From Eledone cirrhosa (Eukaryota), in NCBI GenBank assembly GCA_964016885.1, contig OZ024756.1:35340001-35404000 (forward strand): a stretch of 64,000 bases of DNA, written 5' to 3'. Each line of letters begins with the position of its first letter. Positions within the stretch are counted from its first letter, which is position 1. A program made the translations under genes and the position numbers. Shown one piece after another: positions 44,563 through 58,600 of this stretch. The notes beneath the pieces are model-generated. The model was not told the DNA's origin, made no database searches, and saw only the letters and a program-made list of their open reading frames with translations.

Positions 44563-45550
44563 CATACATACATATATACATATATACATACATACATACA
44601 TACATACATATATCCATACATACATATATACATACATACATATATACATACATACATCTATACATATATATATACATATATACATATATACATACATATA
44701 TCGTATTTGTACTGTGGAATACATTGAGAAGATTCTGTGGAAAAATTGTATTCTATGCATGTATATATGTATGTATCTATGTGTGTATATGTGTATGTAT
44801 GTATGTGTGTATGTATGTATGTATGCATGTATATATGTATGTATCTATGTGTGTATGTGTGTATGTATGTATGTGTGTATGTATGTATGTATGCATGTAT
44901 ATATGTATGTATCTATGTGTGTATGTGTGTATGTATGTATGTGTGTATGTATGTATGTATGCATGTATATATGTATGTATCTATGTGTGTATATGTGTAT
45001 GTATGTATGTGTGTATGTATGTATGTATGTATGCATGTATATATGTATGTATCTATGTGTGTATGTGTGTATGTATGTATATATGTGTGTATGTATGTAT
45101 GTATCTATCTGTGTATGTATGTATGTATCTATCTGTGTGTATGTGTGTATGTATGTATCTATGTGTGTATGTGTGTATGTATGTGTGTATGTATGTATGT
45201 ATGTATGTGTGTATGTATGTATGTATATATGTGTGTATGTATGTATGTATCTATCTGTGTATGTATGTATGTATCTATCTGTGTGTATGTGTGTATGTAT
45301 GTATCTATGTGTGTATGTGTGTATGTATGTATCTATGTGAGTATGTGTGTATGTATGTGTGTATGTATGTGTGTATGTATGTATGTATGTATGTATGTAT
45401 GTATGTATGTATGTATGTATGTATGTATGTATGTATATGTACATACATACATGTATGTACGCATCTATGTATCTATGTATGTATGTATGTATGTATGTAT
45501 GTATGTATGTATGTATGTATGTATGTATGTATGTATGTATGGATGTATGT
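43770..45550. repeat. (CATA)n tract switching to (TATG)n around a unique 60-bp spacer at about 44700-44755
   Basis: Directly visible opposite-strand tetranucleotide arrays. Confidence 0.9.
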
Positions 45551-45718
45551 ACAGTGTGTGTCACATACACTCTTACATGCTTCCATACACAGCTATTCTT
45601 CGTCAATATATATATATATCAATATTTATATATATATATATATATTGTGTGTGCGTGCGTGTGTATTCATCGATGTATGTAAGTATGCATATGCATATAT
45701 ATATATGTGTGTGTGTGC

Positions 45719-45785
<67 letters not shown>

Positions 45786-45797
45786 CGGTGCGTGCCC

Positions 45798-45835
<38 letters not shown>

Positions 45836-45843
45836 GGGCACGC

Positions 45844-45910
<67 letters not shown>

Positions 45911-46393
45911 TATATGTATGTATATATATATATTGACAATCTTCGTGGCCGCTCACGTGTGTTTACAATTCTTATATGTACACACACAAACAAACAAGCA
46001 CAGACAATAACAGACAAATATACATAATACATGCATACGTACACACATACATACATACATACATAAAAACATATGTATGCATGTATTTATATATATATAT
46101 ATACATATATATACGTGCATAGATATATATATATATGCATATGCATACTTACATACATGGATGAATACACATAATATATATTTGTAAATGTATGTATGTA
46201 TGTATGTATGTATGAATGTATGTATGTATGTATGAATGTATGTATGTATGTGTGTTTTTAAGTGAGTGTGTAAGTCTGTTTACATACGCATGCATGCATA
46301 CACACAGGCAAACACATACTGATAAATATCTATACGTACATGCATACACAAACGCACACTCATATGTATATAGACATAAATATATTTATATAC

Positions 46394-46424
<31 letters not shown>

Positions 46425-46835
46425 GGTGCACACATACACAATACACACATGCACACACACACACACACACACACGCACACACACGCGAGCACACACAAAC
46501 ATATACACAACCGTTGTACGTAAGTTTGTCAAATATTCCATTACAGTAAGGTGCATCGAAACACGTAAAATGTTCACACAAAAACAGTAACAAAATGGCT
46601 GCCTCAAACAGCAACAAACAGCAAGAAGAACAGCGAGAATATGTTGCAACAAAATGGCTGCAACACATAATGCTTCTTCATTGATCTTCTTACACAAACA
46701 TGGCGTCCATATTGTGGGCCGACAACTTTGAATGACGGAATCTTTTTTTTTTCCCGAACACAAAGATTGCTCATTTCATTCTACCAGATGTTTAGGCTCC
46801 ACTTACTAAACTATAACAACCAATGATCATAAATA

Positions 46836-46890
<55 letters not shown>

Positions 46891-46920
46891 GGAGGAGGAT
46901 GGTGATGGTGATGGTGATGG

Positions 46921-46957
<37 letters not shown>

Positions 46958-46960
46958 AAT

Positions 46961-47011
46961 AAGAAGAATGATTCCTAGTATAGTGTGCCTATACTAGGAA
47001 TCATTCTTCTT
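46961..47011. repeat. Perfect 23-bp inverted repeat with 5-nt loop
   Basis: aagaagaatgattcctagtatag-tgtgc-ctatactaggaatcattcttctt. Confidence 0.9.
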
Positions 47012-47023
47012 CTTATTATTATA

Positions 47024-47194
47024 AGGGCGGTGGATTGGCAGTATAGGGTCGGACGCCATGCTTTCCAGCATAGTTACGTCCCTTTACGATCTGAGTTCAA
47101 ATCCCGCCGAGGTTGACTTTGCCTTTCATCCTTACGGGGTCGATAAAATAAAGTATTGCTGACCTTGTGCCTAAAGTAGAAACAATTATTATTA
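47024..47194 (+). mobile_element. MetaSINE-like SINE with internal deletions
   Basis: Matches the 11157 family. Confidence 0.85.
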
Positions 47195-47269
47195 TAATTC
47201 TTATTATGTTGATGTTGATGATGATGATGATCATCATCAGTAACTTTGGAGGGGGGGGGGGGGGGGTGA

Positions 47270-47341
47270 AGAAAGTCGATTAAACCGACCTCGGTGTATT
47301 ACTGGTGCTTTATTTTATCGACCCTGTAAGGATGAAAGGCG
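47270..47341 (-). mobile_element. MetaSINE-like fragment
   Basis: ttattttatcgaccctgtaaggatgaaaggc. Confidence 0.7.
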
Positions 47342-47372
47342 GGATATGATAAGAGTAATAATAATTTCTTTA

Positions 47373-47640
47373 TTAGCCGCACAGGGTTCACATTAAGGAA
47401 ACATTAAAGACGGCACAGGACGATACTGTGTGGTTTTTTTTTTTTTTTTGTGAAAAATCAGATTTATAATAGAGACTAAGAAAAATAAACATTAACAAAA
47501 AACAAATTCCACAAAGGTGAGGAGACTCCAGGGGTCAATCGTGGAGAAATCCCCTCAAAAAGCCACGGTCATCCCTCCCCACTGGGCTTGATGTCTCCCC
47601 ATTAGTGACACCATGCTCGTCGCCAGGGTGTTACAAATGA
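47373..47640 (-). mobile_element. 3' UTR of a sister Tx1-like LINE ending in (TTA)n
   Basis: Minus strand ends ggctaataaagaaa-ttattatta, the same terminus as the (TATC)n family, but the body differs. Confidence 0.5.
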
Positions 47641-47728
47641 GGAGATATTAAGTCCAGTGGAGAGGGGTATCATACCTGAAGTATGGTCTGCTGGCTCGTC
47701 CTTTCAATCTATATACATTCTCATTCTT

Positions 47729-47764
47729 TCTTCTGATGAAGGACTAGCATACGAAACGTTAAGA
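47729..47764 (+). ncRNA. Family C minimal hammerhead (stem II mutated) in pLTR-like copy 47690-47850
   Basis: tctt-CTGATGA-a-ggac tagc atac-GAAAC-GTT-aaga; partial duplicate of the flanks at 47950-48035. Confidence 0.65.
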
Positions 47765-47870
47765 CCCTCTTCCTGCTATTTCAAGCGTTAACCTAATATA
47801 TCCCTTCCATATACTGTACCGATTGTGTTGTTATTTCTGTTTACCTTTTACAAACACACACACACACACT

Positions 47871-47952
<82 letters not shown>

Positions 47953-48032
47953 CCAATTCCAACCCACCCGTCCCTTCAATATATCCCTTCTATATACTGT
48001 ACCGATTGTGTTGTTATTCCTCTTTACCTTTT

Positions 48033-48063
<31 letters not shown>

Positions 48064-48440
48064 GAGAGAGAGAGAGAAAGAGAGAGAGAGAAAGAGAAAG
48101 AGAGAGTGTGTGTAAGTGAGTAAGCTTCTTCCTTGACATTAGAAGTAGATGTGAACCAAATACTCCACAACCGTCTCAAATCCTCCAATCACCAGAATTC
48201 AACAATTTTAGTTATTTTTCTTCTTAACGATTTCTCCCACATCTCACCCCACCCCTTCCCAGTCCTTCATCTCCTATACTCCCTCCTCCCACATTACACA
48301 GACATACACACACACATACACACTTCATCCCGTTTATCACTTCTCCCTTCTCTCCATCTTCTCCGACGGCCACCACTGTTGAACGGAACCACTTATCCTT
48401 TAACATAACATTGATTGTATAGCAGTCAGTCTTCTCCGTC

Positions 48441-48514
48441 GACAGGTGTCGGCAGGTGTCGGCAGGTGTCGGTAGGTGTCGGTAGGTGTCGATAGGTGTC
48501 GGTAAGTGTCGGCA
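48441..48514. repeat. 10-bp tandem repeat ggcaggtgtc
   Basis: About 7 copies. Confidence 0.9.
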
Positions 48515-48724
48515 GTACCTTGACCCAGTTGTAACAATCAAGGTGATACTATTAACCACATCGAACTCGGTTGGTGAGCTTCCCAAACTTGCCGAGTCTT
48601 AACGTTGAGTCTTTGAAAAACGTTATAGTTTCTGCCTGTATTTTACGGACAATCCATACGGCACAAACTTTAATCAGATATCTAAGGAAACCAAAACTAC
48701 TTTGGAGAGATATTTTATTATTAA

Positions 48725-48864
48725 AGTACTAAATACATAGCAGAGTATAAATATTTAATATAGAAATGGCTTCTACAGGACTAGAACTGTTTCATTCGGG
48801 AGAAATCATCAGGAAGTCCTGATGATTTCTCCCGAATGAAACAGTTGTAGTCCTGTAGAATCCA

Positions 48865-48866
<2 letters not shown>
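48725..48866. mobile_element. Family A subfamily, two HHR cores back to back
   Basis: Minus-strand HHR 48770-48816 (stem I cttc/gaag, loop II tccc) and plus-strand core CTGATGA at 48819-48825 through GTA-gaatcc. Confidence 0.8.
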
Positions 48867-48909
<43 letters not shown>

Positions 48910-49013
48910 CATCATCATCATCATCATCATTTTACGTCCGCTTTTCCCTGCTTGCAAGGGTGGGATATATATATATTTATATATATATATAAAAAAAAAT
49001 ATATATATGTATT

Positions 49014-49095
<82 letters not shown>

Positions 49096-49151
49096 TATAT
49101 ATATATGTATTTATATATATATATATATATATAAAAATATATATATATATG

Positions 49152-49222
<71 letters not shown>

Positions 49223-49326
49223 GTATATATATATATATATATATATATCCGGGAGCTTCCAACAGGCATGGTCGCATTCTTTTAAGGATATGTCAATATT
49301 TGTTTATAAAACTGATCTATATTATA

Positions 49327-49385
49327 TTTATCTGATGAAAGCGCACCATAATTTGCTTTGGTATCCTTGAAATATGTATAATGAA
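49327..49385 (+). ncRNA. Hammerhead motif related to family D, within an element at about 49248-49480
   Basis: tttat-CTGATGA-aa..acca..tggt..tt-GAAA-tatgtat-A-atgaa; the downstream segment recurs on the minus strand near 2140, 49935 and 51243. Confidence 0.55.
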
Positions 49386-49524
49386 ATAAATAGGGTTTTA
49401 TAAATATAGTTTCCATTTGTTAATATATTATATTTTTACTCCAAAAATTTTGTTGAGTGCTTTATATCAGTTATAAAAATATTTGCTTGTTGTATCCCAA
49501 CAATTTAAATATAACTTATACATA

Positions 49525-49597
<73 letters not shown>

Positions 49598-49600
<3 letters not shown>

Positions 49601-49699
49601 GATGGCCCCAAAAAAGTTTATACACACTTTGATTACCTGTACAAGCAATATTTATTAGAATGCTTTTGAAGTATGTATACATTTTTTGTGGCCACCCTG
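49598..49699. mobile_element. Tc1/mariner-type MITE (about 102 bp)
   Basis: CAGGATGGCCCCAAAAAAG..TATACAcACTT and AAGTATGTATACATTTTTTGTGGCCACCCTG are inverted ends, inserted in (TA)n. Confidence 0.75.
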
Positions 49700-49745
49700 T
49701 ATATATTTATACATTTATATATATATACATATATATATATATACA

Positions 49746-49844
<99 letters not shown>

Positions 49845-50028
49845 CAAAGAGATATTTAATTTGCTGGCAATTCAACAAATTTATTTATTATAACAGATTC
49901 GAAGCACTCTACAGTTTCCTGGGGTATAATATCAATGATATTAATAAATGGAAACTATATTTATAAAAGCATATTTATTTTATTATATATATTTCAAGGG
50001 TACTTTTTTAACCATCTTTTAATTTCTT

Positions 50029-50088
<60 letters not shown>

Positions 50089-50183
50089 TGTGTGTGGGGG
50101 CGGGGGTGTGGATATCTGTGTAAAAACTTAAAAGAAATAACAAACCAAATGACAGTTTAACTCTTGAAATAAGAGGAAAAGAG

Positions 50184-50219
50184 TCTTAACGTTTCGGACA
50201 CTAGTCCTTCATCAGGAGA
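50184..50219 (-). ncRNA. Family C minimal hammerhead ribozyme
   Basis: Minus strand tctc-CTGATGA-a-GGAC tagt GTCC-GAAAC-GTT-aaga. Confidence 0.7.
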
Positions 50220-50896
50220 TAGAATTAGAAATAAAATAAGAAATAGAAATATAGACTGAGACGAGGAAGGATCAAAAGAAAAATGAGAGAAAAAACCACA
50301 CGTGCATATACAGTCAGATATGTGCATGCGCGCGCGCGCGCGCGTGTGTGTGTGTGTGCGTGTGTGTGAGTAATTCTTTTACTTGTTGCTATTCATCATT
50401 GTCGTGGTTATATACAATGGCTACATACACTTAATAATCGATATATTCATTATGTCTCCCTTATATAACTTTGTGTTTACTCTGGTCAAGAAATTTATTA
50501 AATTTTCGCACCATTGAGTGCTTTGGGACTGCCTCAAATAATACGACTTGCGTCTGTCCTATTGCAGCTTTAGATTCGATGTATACTTAATATAATTATA
50601 TTAGCTTTATTATATAGTAACTCTGTAATATGGCAGCTGCAGCTTGGTAACGTTTGTCTTCTCCACTTCTTTATTTCGTGGCTGTGCGGTACGGTTGACT
50701 ATACCGAACTTGGGAAGGTGGGTGGTCTGTGTTTGGTTTGGCACGAGTCATGAAAACAAGCTGGTGTTCGGTTTAGGTAAGGTGTTTGTTGTTCAGTATT
50801 TGTAGACTAATTGGAGCACTAACGGTCTTATCTACTTGAGAGTGTGTATATATATATACATATATATACATATACATATATATATATATATATGTG

Positions 50897-51022
<126 letters not shown>

Positions 51023-51126
51023 TTTATATATATATATATAGAGAGAGAGATAGAGATATTACACACGCATATATATATGTGTGTGTGTATAATTGGGGAG
51101 GGTCATATTGTTATGATATTGCCAGA

Positions 51127-51177
<51 letters not shown>

Positions 51178-51199
51178 CATGCATATATATATATATACA

Positions 51200-51246
<47 letters not shown>

Positions 51247-51290
51247 ATATTAAATAAATGGAAATTATATTTATAAAACCATATTTATTC

Positions 51291-51461
<171 letters not shown>

Positions 51462-51817
51462 TATAAATATATAAATATATCATTTTTAACTTTGTTAATT
51501 CTCATTCTCTCATTAAAAGACACCTTGTCTCTGGGAGCGCACTTTAAGAAACATTGGCCTAGAATACAGAACCGTTTCATGGCACTACTTCACAGTTCCG
51601 CTCATTTCATGTAGCAACCATTGGCAAACAGACAGCGACACCTAGCGAGCGCATCGAGAAGACATTAAGATTTTCCACTTAGGAAGCTAAATCGAATGGT
51701 TTTGACATTGAGAAGTTCGATATTGGATTTAAAAGGATTTATTGAGATTAAAGTGGCAGCAACTCTCTCTCTTTCTTTCTCTCACTCTCTTTCTTTCTCT
51801 CTCTCTCTCTCTCTCTC

Positions 51818-51879
<62 letters not shown>

Positions 51880-51951
51880 TCCCTCTCTCTCTCTCTTTAT
51901 ATATATATATATGTATATATAAATGTATATATATATATGTATATATATATG

Positions 51952-51995
<44 letters not shown>

Positions 51996-52214
51996 CATAT
52001 ATATATATATATACACATACATATATATATATATATACACATACATATATATACATACACAGACACACATATATATATATATACATATATATAATAGACT
52101 GGAATGTTTCTAACACAGCTGTGTTCATTGGTTCCTGCTAATACCACTGCTCCCATATCTCTCCCTCTCCCTCTCTGTCTCTCTCTCCCCACCTTTCTCT
52201 CTCTATATATATAC

Positions 52215-52857
52215 ATGTATGTATGTATGTATGTATGTATGTATGTATGTATGTATGTATGTACGTATGTATTTATGTATGTATGTATATATTAATGTAT
52301 GTATGTATATATGTATTAATGTATGCATCTATGTATGTATGTATGTATGTATGTATGTATGTATGTATGTATGTATGTTTTAATGTATGTATGTATGTAT
52401 GTATGTATGTATGTATGTATGTATGTATGTATGTATGTATTTATGTATGTATGTATGTATATATTAATGTATGTATGTATATATGTATTAATGTATGTAT
52501 CTATGTATGTATGTATGTATGTATCTATGTATGTATGTATCTATGTATGTATGTATGTATGTATGTTTTAATGTATGTATGTATGTATGTATGTATGTAT
52601 GTATGTATGTATGTATTAATGTATGTATGTATGTATGTATGTATGTATGTATGTATGTATGTATGTATGTATTTATGTATGTATATATATATTAATGTAT
52701 GTATGTATATATGTATTAATGTATGTATCTATGTATGTATGTATGTATGTATGTTTTAATGTATGTATGTATGTATGTGTGTATGTATGTATGTATTTAT
52801 GTATGAATGTATGTATGTATTAATGTATGTATGTATGTATGCATATGTGTATGTATG
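52215..52857. repeat. (TATG)n with higher-order duplications
   Basis: Directly visible. Confidence 0.95.
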
Positions 52858-52977
52858 CAACAACGTAGTTATATTAAGTATATATTATGAATTTACTCTG
52901 CATGTGTATGTGTGTGTATATATATATATATATGTATACAAATGTATGTGTGTGTGTATATATGTGTATATATATAT

Positions 52978-53010
<33 letters not shown>

Positions 53011-53025
53011 AATATATATATATAA

Positions 53026-53123
<98 letters not shown>

Positions 53124-53175
53124 GTGAAAGCAGCGATTCTTTGCTTAAACTTTAATCTGTTATTTTAATAAATAA

Positions 53176-53221
<46 letters not shown>

Positions 53222-53631
53222 CTACATATGCATGTGCATATATATGTACCTACATTAATATATATGCATGATAGTAATATAAACATACACGCAATATCAT
53301 GTTAAATCATTACTCTCTCTCTCTCTCTCTCTCTCTTACACTCACACAAACATACATAAACATAGACACACACACACACATCATCAACAACAACAACATG
53401 CACAAACACGCAAGCGCGCTCACATAAACGCAATATCATCATATGAGTATTCATATAGGATTTTATACAAGTATACATACGTACCCATATGAGTGTATAT
53501 ATATATATATATATACATGGAAATATATCTTTTTCCATGTCGCTCTAAATAGATGAGTGAGTGCGTATATGCATATGCGCGCACACACACACATACACAC
53601 ACACACACACACCTCTCTCTATCTATATCTA

Positions 53632-53677
<46 letters not shown>

Positions 53678-53678
<1 letters not shown>

Positions 53679-53844
53679 TTTTTCGGGGGTATGTGTTACC
53701 CATATGAAATGTCTCCCCCTATTGGGGAAAATCGATTAATTTTTAAATTGCATTTGTGATAGTATTTTACACGTTTTTATTGTATGTAAACTTCCCCCTT
53801 TGTATTTGTCCCCTTCTTTTGTGCCCCTGTGGCTAATAAAGAAA
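53678..53844 (+). mobile_element. 3' UTR fragment of (TATC)n-associated Tx1/L1-like LINE
   Basis: Ends gtggctaataaagaaa; (TATC)n on both sides. Confidence 0.85.
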
Positions 53845-53861
53845 CATATCTATCTATCTAT

Positions 53862-54239
53862 AAATTGATTCCCTTCTTTAAGTATCACTTTAGAAGGAGA
53901 ATCAGGGTGGAGAGAGAGGCACTGCACCCCAGTAAATTTACTGAAAGGTGGGTGAATGTAACGAAAATGGCCCGAGTGATTGGGCCTTCTCTGTATATAA
54001 GCCTGTAGGTTGAGGAAGAGAGCAAAAGGAAGAAAGGAGCACTTGCACAACACGCTCCTGAAGTTGAGGGTTGTTCTATCGACGGGGTATTAAACAACCC
54101 ATTTGTGCCCTCCCCCCTATTGGGGATTTCGATTGTTGTAAGTGTTTGTTTTTATAATTTTTACACGATTGTATGTAAAATCCCCGCATGTCTTTGTATT
54201 GTCCCCTTTTCTTGTTGCGCCCTTGTGGCTAATAAAGAA

Positions 54240-54240
<1 letters not shown>
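53862..54240 (+). mobile_element. Second subfamily Tx1/L1-like LINE 3' fragment with ORF2 tail (53862-54008)
   Basis: KLIPFFKYHFRRRIRVEREALHPSKFTERWVNVTKMARVIGPSLYISL* aligns to the end of the 33166-33885 ORF; followed by (TATC)n. Confidence 0.85.
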
Positions 54241-54301
<61 letters not shown>

Positions 54302-55919
54302 ATATCTATCTATCTATCTATCTATATATATATATATATATATATACATATATGCGTGATTGCATGTGTATGTGTGTATATGCAGTTTATATATATCCTT
54401 AGTGTTGTTGTTCTTGCTGTTGTTGTTGTTCCTGCTGTTGGTGGTGTTGGTGGCGTTGGTGGTGATGTTAGTGATGGTGGTGTTGTTGTTGTTGATGTTG
54501 TTGGTGGTGGTGTTGATGGTGGTGATGGTGGTGTTTGGTGTTGGTGGTGGTGGTGATGGTGGCGGTGGGGATGGTGGTGGTGGTGGTGGTGTTTGTGTTG
54601 TTGTTGGTGGTGATGGTGGTGGTGTTGATGGCGGTGATGATGGTGGCGGTAGCGATGGTGGGGATGGTGTTGGTGTTGTTGTTGTTGGTGGTGGTGTTGG
54701 TGGTGTTGGTGTTGGTGTAGATGTCGGCGGTGGTGAACCACAGTCGTACAAGCGTTATGATCAGTTTTAACATCAATATCAGCGACAATAACATCACACA
54801 GACGTAGTGTGTTTCCGATGATGGCAGAAGGAGAGGAAAAGTAACAACAAAAACAATCTCTTCAGTGTTCTGCTCACTGCTGGTGATGGGACTACACTTA
54901 TGATGCTATCGATTTTATGAGGTTGACAAGACCGAAGAAAAAAAGAAGTAAAATCAACAAAATTAAGAAACTACAACAAAAATCAAAAGTCGATATTTAA
55001 AAAAAAGATCACCATTGCTCATTGCATTAATTTCCGTAATATCACCTTTGTGTGTTGTGAGAAGATAAGTGAAATGCAGGAGAGATAACGACAATAAAAT
55101 GGGAGTAGGAAAAAAATGAATGTAAAACAACATGGCGCTCTGTTTTCTAATTATCGCGTCAATGAGGCAAAAAACATGGCGGTAGTCTGTTATCTGTCTG
55201 ATATTTTAAAAATGTTTAACTGAGAGAAGAGAAGATTGCTAAGGCAGCAGAAAGGCGGACTGAATGCTTAATTGTACTTAGTTTGCTATCTTCTGAGTCG
55301 AGTCAGACCAATCTGGTGTCGTTATACCTGATACCAGTAATATACTGTAATGCTTTATTCAATTCTACCTATCTTCCATAAAATTTGGATTAGTGCCTAG
55401 TAGAGCGAAATCGATATTCATTTAATTAGCTTTGAGTGGTTAACGTATCAAATGATCAGATGGTTGTTTGACTGATTAGTTCGTTGGCTGGTTAATTAGT
55501 TGGGTGATTATCTGTAGAAATTGATAATTAAATGATTGATTTGCTATCAGGGAATGTTTCTGTATTATTTATTTAGTTTTTATTTCCAGTTGTCAAAAGC
55601 AGAATACTTTTCAATGCCGAGAATTGTTACGATCCAGAAAGAAGTTTTATGAAGAAAACAAAGTGTCTTAACCTTTTTGATACGAAACTGCCTGAAACCA
55701 GCTCTGGTTCTATAATACAAAAGTCTATTTTAAAGTGTTTATAATTATCTGAAAACCATCCGCCATGGATTTTGTAAAAACATTTAAGTTATGTTCCAGA
55801 CACCAGTTTAATAATGGGAAAGTTAGTTATATTACTAAATCCCTCCAAATTCTTTATTTTCAGAATTATTCGAAAATCATAGGCAGACATGTAGAGCTAT
55901 CGAATGGTATTGGGTAGAC

Positions 55920-56210
55920 GCCATGTAGTGTTATTTATAAAGTAGCTGTCATGTAGTGTTATTGTATAAAGTATCTGCCATGTAGTGTTATTGTATAAAG
56001 TAGCTGCCATGTTGTAGTGTTACTATATAAAGTAGCTGTCATATAGTGTTATTGTATAAAGTAGCTGACATGTAGTGTTATTATATAAAGTATCTGCTTG
56101 TAATGTTGTTATATAACGTAGCTGTCATGTAGTGTTATTAAATAAAGTAGCTGTCGTGTAGTGTTGTTATATAACGTAGCTGCCATGCAGTGTTATTGTA
56201 TAAAGTAGTA
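55920..56210. repeat. About 29-bp minisatellite catgtagtgttattgtataaagtagctg(c/t)
   Basis: About 10 copies. Confidence 0.9.
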
Positions 56211-56789
56211 TTTATGTAATAAATCCAGGATATTGAAAACACACACTGTTACATGTGAGAGTAAAGGTGGTAGAGATGTTAGAGGTGATAGAAGTGGTGG
56301 AGGTGGCGGAGGGTGGTGCTAAATTATAATTAACAAAGTTGATTTAATTACAGTCCACCACCACCGCCAACACCACCATCACCATCTACAGCACCACTGG
56401 CACCACCACCACCGCCACTGCCATCACCACCACCACCACCACCACTGCCACCACCATCTACACCGCCACTGCCACCACCACCACCACCACCATCTACACA
56501 GCCATACCCTCCACCTCACTGTACTAACTGCCCTCACTACCCATCACCACCACCACCACCACCACCACCACTCTACACCCCTACTAAATCAATAGGTACG
56601 GCAGAAGCGCCCTCTGGAGACACGGTTCCAATTTAACACAACTTCCTCTCCACCCTCTCTCTCCCTTTTACTTTCTCTTTCACTCTCTCTCCCTCTCTCT
56701 CTCTCTCACTCTCTCACCCCTTCATTATCTCTCTCTCTCTCTCTTTTACTCAATTCTTTTTTCTATCTTCTCTCGTTTTTCCTATTTCT

Positions 56790-56791
56790 GC

Positions 56792-56833
<42 letters not shown>

Positions 56834-57389
56834 CTGTGTTGTTGTTGATGATGAAGATGACGACGATATTATTGTTATTGCTGTTGTTGTTGTTGATGAT
56901 GATGATGATGATATTATTGTTATTGTTGTTGTTGTTCATGTTCATGTTGATATTATTGTCTGTGTTGTCGTTTATGTTGATGATGATGAAGATATTATTG
57001 TCTGTGTTGTCGTTGATGTTGATGATGATGAAGATATTATTGTCTGTGTTGTCGTTGATGTTGATGATGATGATGATATTATTGTTGTTGTTGTTGATGA
57101 TGATGATGTTATTGTTGTTGTTGTTGTTGATGATGATGATGATGATGATGATATTATTGTTGTTGTTGTTGATGTTGATGATGATGATGATGATGATGAT
57201 ATTATTGTTGTTGTTGTTGTTGATGTTGATGATGATGATGATGATGCCAATCATGAGATTATTATTGTTGTTGTTGTTGTTAGTGTGGTGGTGGTGGTGG
57301 TGGGGTGATACTATTATTACTATGGCTTCTTAAGTTGATAATGAGGTGATTGTAGCTTCAGCAGCAGCAGCAGCAGCAGCAGGAGCAGC

Positions 57390-57424
<35 letters not shown>

Positions 57425-57650
57425 CGGTGGTGGTGGTGGTGGTGGTGGTGGTAGCAGCAGCAGGAGTAGCAGTAGTAGCAGTAGTAGCAGCAGCAGTAGT
57501 AGTAGTAGTAGTAGTAGTAGCAGCAGCAGCCGGAGCAGTAGTTAGAGTAGTAGTAGTGGTAGTAGTAGCAGCAGCAGCAGTAGTGGTAGTAGTAGCAGCA
57601 GCAGCAGCAGCAGTAGTAGTACTACTAGTAGTAGTAATTGTAGTAGTAGT

Positions 57651-57701
<51 letters not shown>

Positions 57702-57818
57702 GGCAGCAGCAGCAGCAGTAGCAGTAGCAGTAGCAGTTGTAGTAGTAGTAGTAGCAGTAGTAGCAGCAGTAGCAGTAGTTGTAGTAGTAGTAGTGGCAGC
57801 AGCAGCAGCAGCTGTAGC

Positions 57819-57852
<34 letters not shown>

Positions 57853-57968
57853 CTAGTAGTAGTAGTAGCAGCAGCAGTAGTAGTGGCAGCAGCAGCAGCA
57901 ACTGTAGCAGTAGCAGCAGCAGTACCAGTAGTAGTACCAGTAGTAGTAGTAGTAGTAGTAGTAGTAGC
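56790..57968. repeat. (TTG/ATG)n and (GTA/GCA)n tracts
   Basis: Directly visible. Confidence 0.95.
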
Positions 57969-58242
57969 TGTTAGAAAGTGCCACCATTGTTTCTGGTGTA
58001 AAAATATTCCCCCTTTTGTCCCACCTCCACTCTTCCACACCTCCCCCTCCTCCTCCTCCTCCTTCCCTCTTCTGTTCACTTGTTTCACTCATTCAACACT
58101 TTTGTCTTTTACTTCTCTCCTTCCCCCTCCCCCTCCTCCCCCTATTCCTACTCCTCCTACTCCTCTTTTCCCCCCTCCTCTCACCTGCCTTTTCTTCTCT
58201 CTTAATCTTTATTTATTAATTCATCTCAGAGCTAAATTAGAT

Positions 58243-58306
<64 letters not shown>

Positions 58307-58504
58307 GAAAAAAGTATGATCCCGACGGCAGAGCTCAAGCCATTTCGACGGCTATTTCTGGACTGAGTCCAGAAATAGCCGTCGAAATGGCTTGAGCTCT
58401 GCCGTCGGGGTCATACTTTTTTCCTATTTCCCACTCTACTACCCTAAGTATTGAGTACTCTGGTGCGTTATCGTCCATCTGGTTCCTTACCACAATTCCT
58501 TTGT
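58307..58504 (+). mobile_element. Family B element, fold-back palindrome
   Basis: Inverted arms centred at ctggact-g-agtccag (about 58365); both arms share the GAAAT variant; flanked by (TA)n. Confidence 0.75.
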
Positions 58505-58553
58505 TATATATATATATATCTATATAGATATATATATAGATATATAGATAGAC

Positions 58554-58598
<45 letters not shown>

Positions 58599-58600
58599 TA

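Noticed and set aside
50460-50830. Unique segment with IGQT on the minus strand, near a family C ribozyme, suggesting a GIY-YIG remnant
   Set aside because: Frames are interrupted and no other GIY-YIG residues align; unsupported without a profile search.
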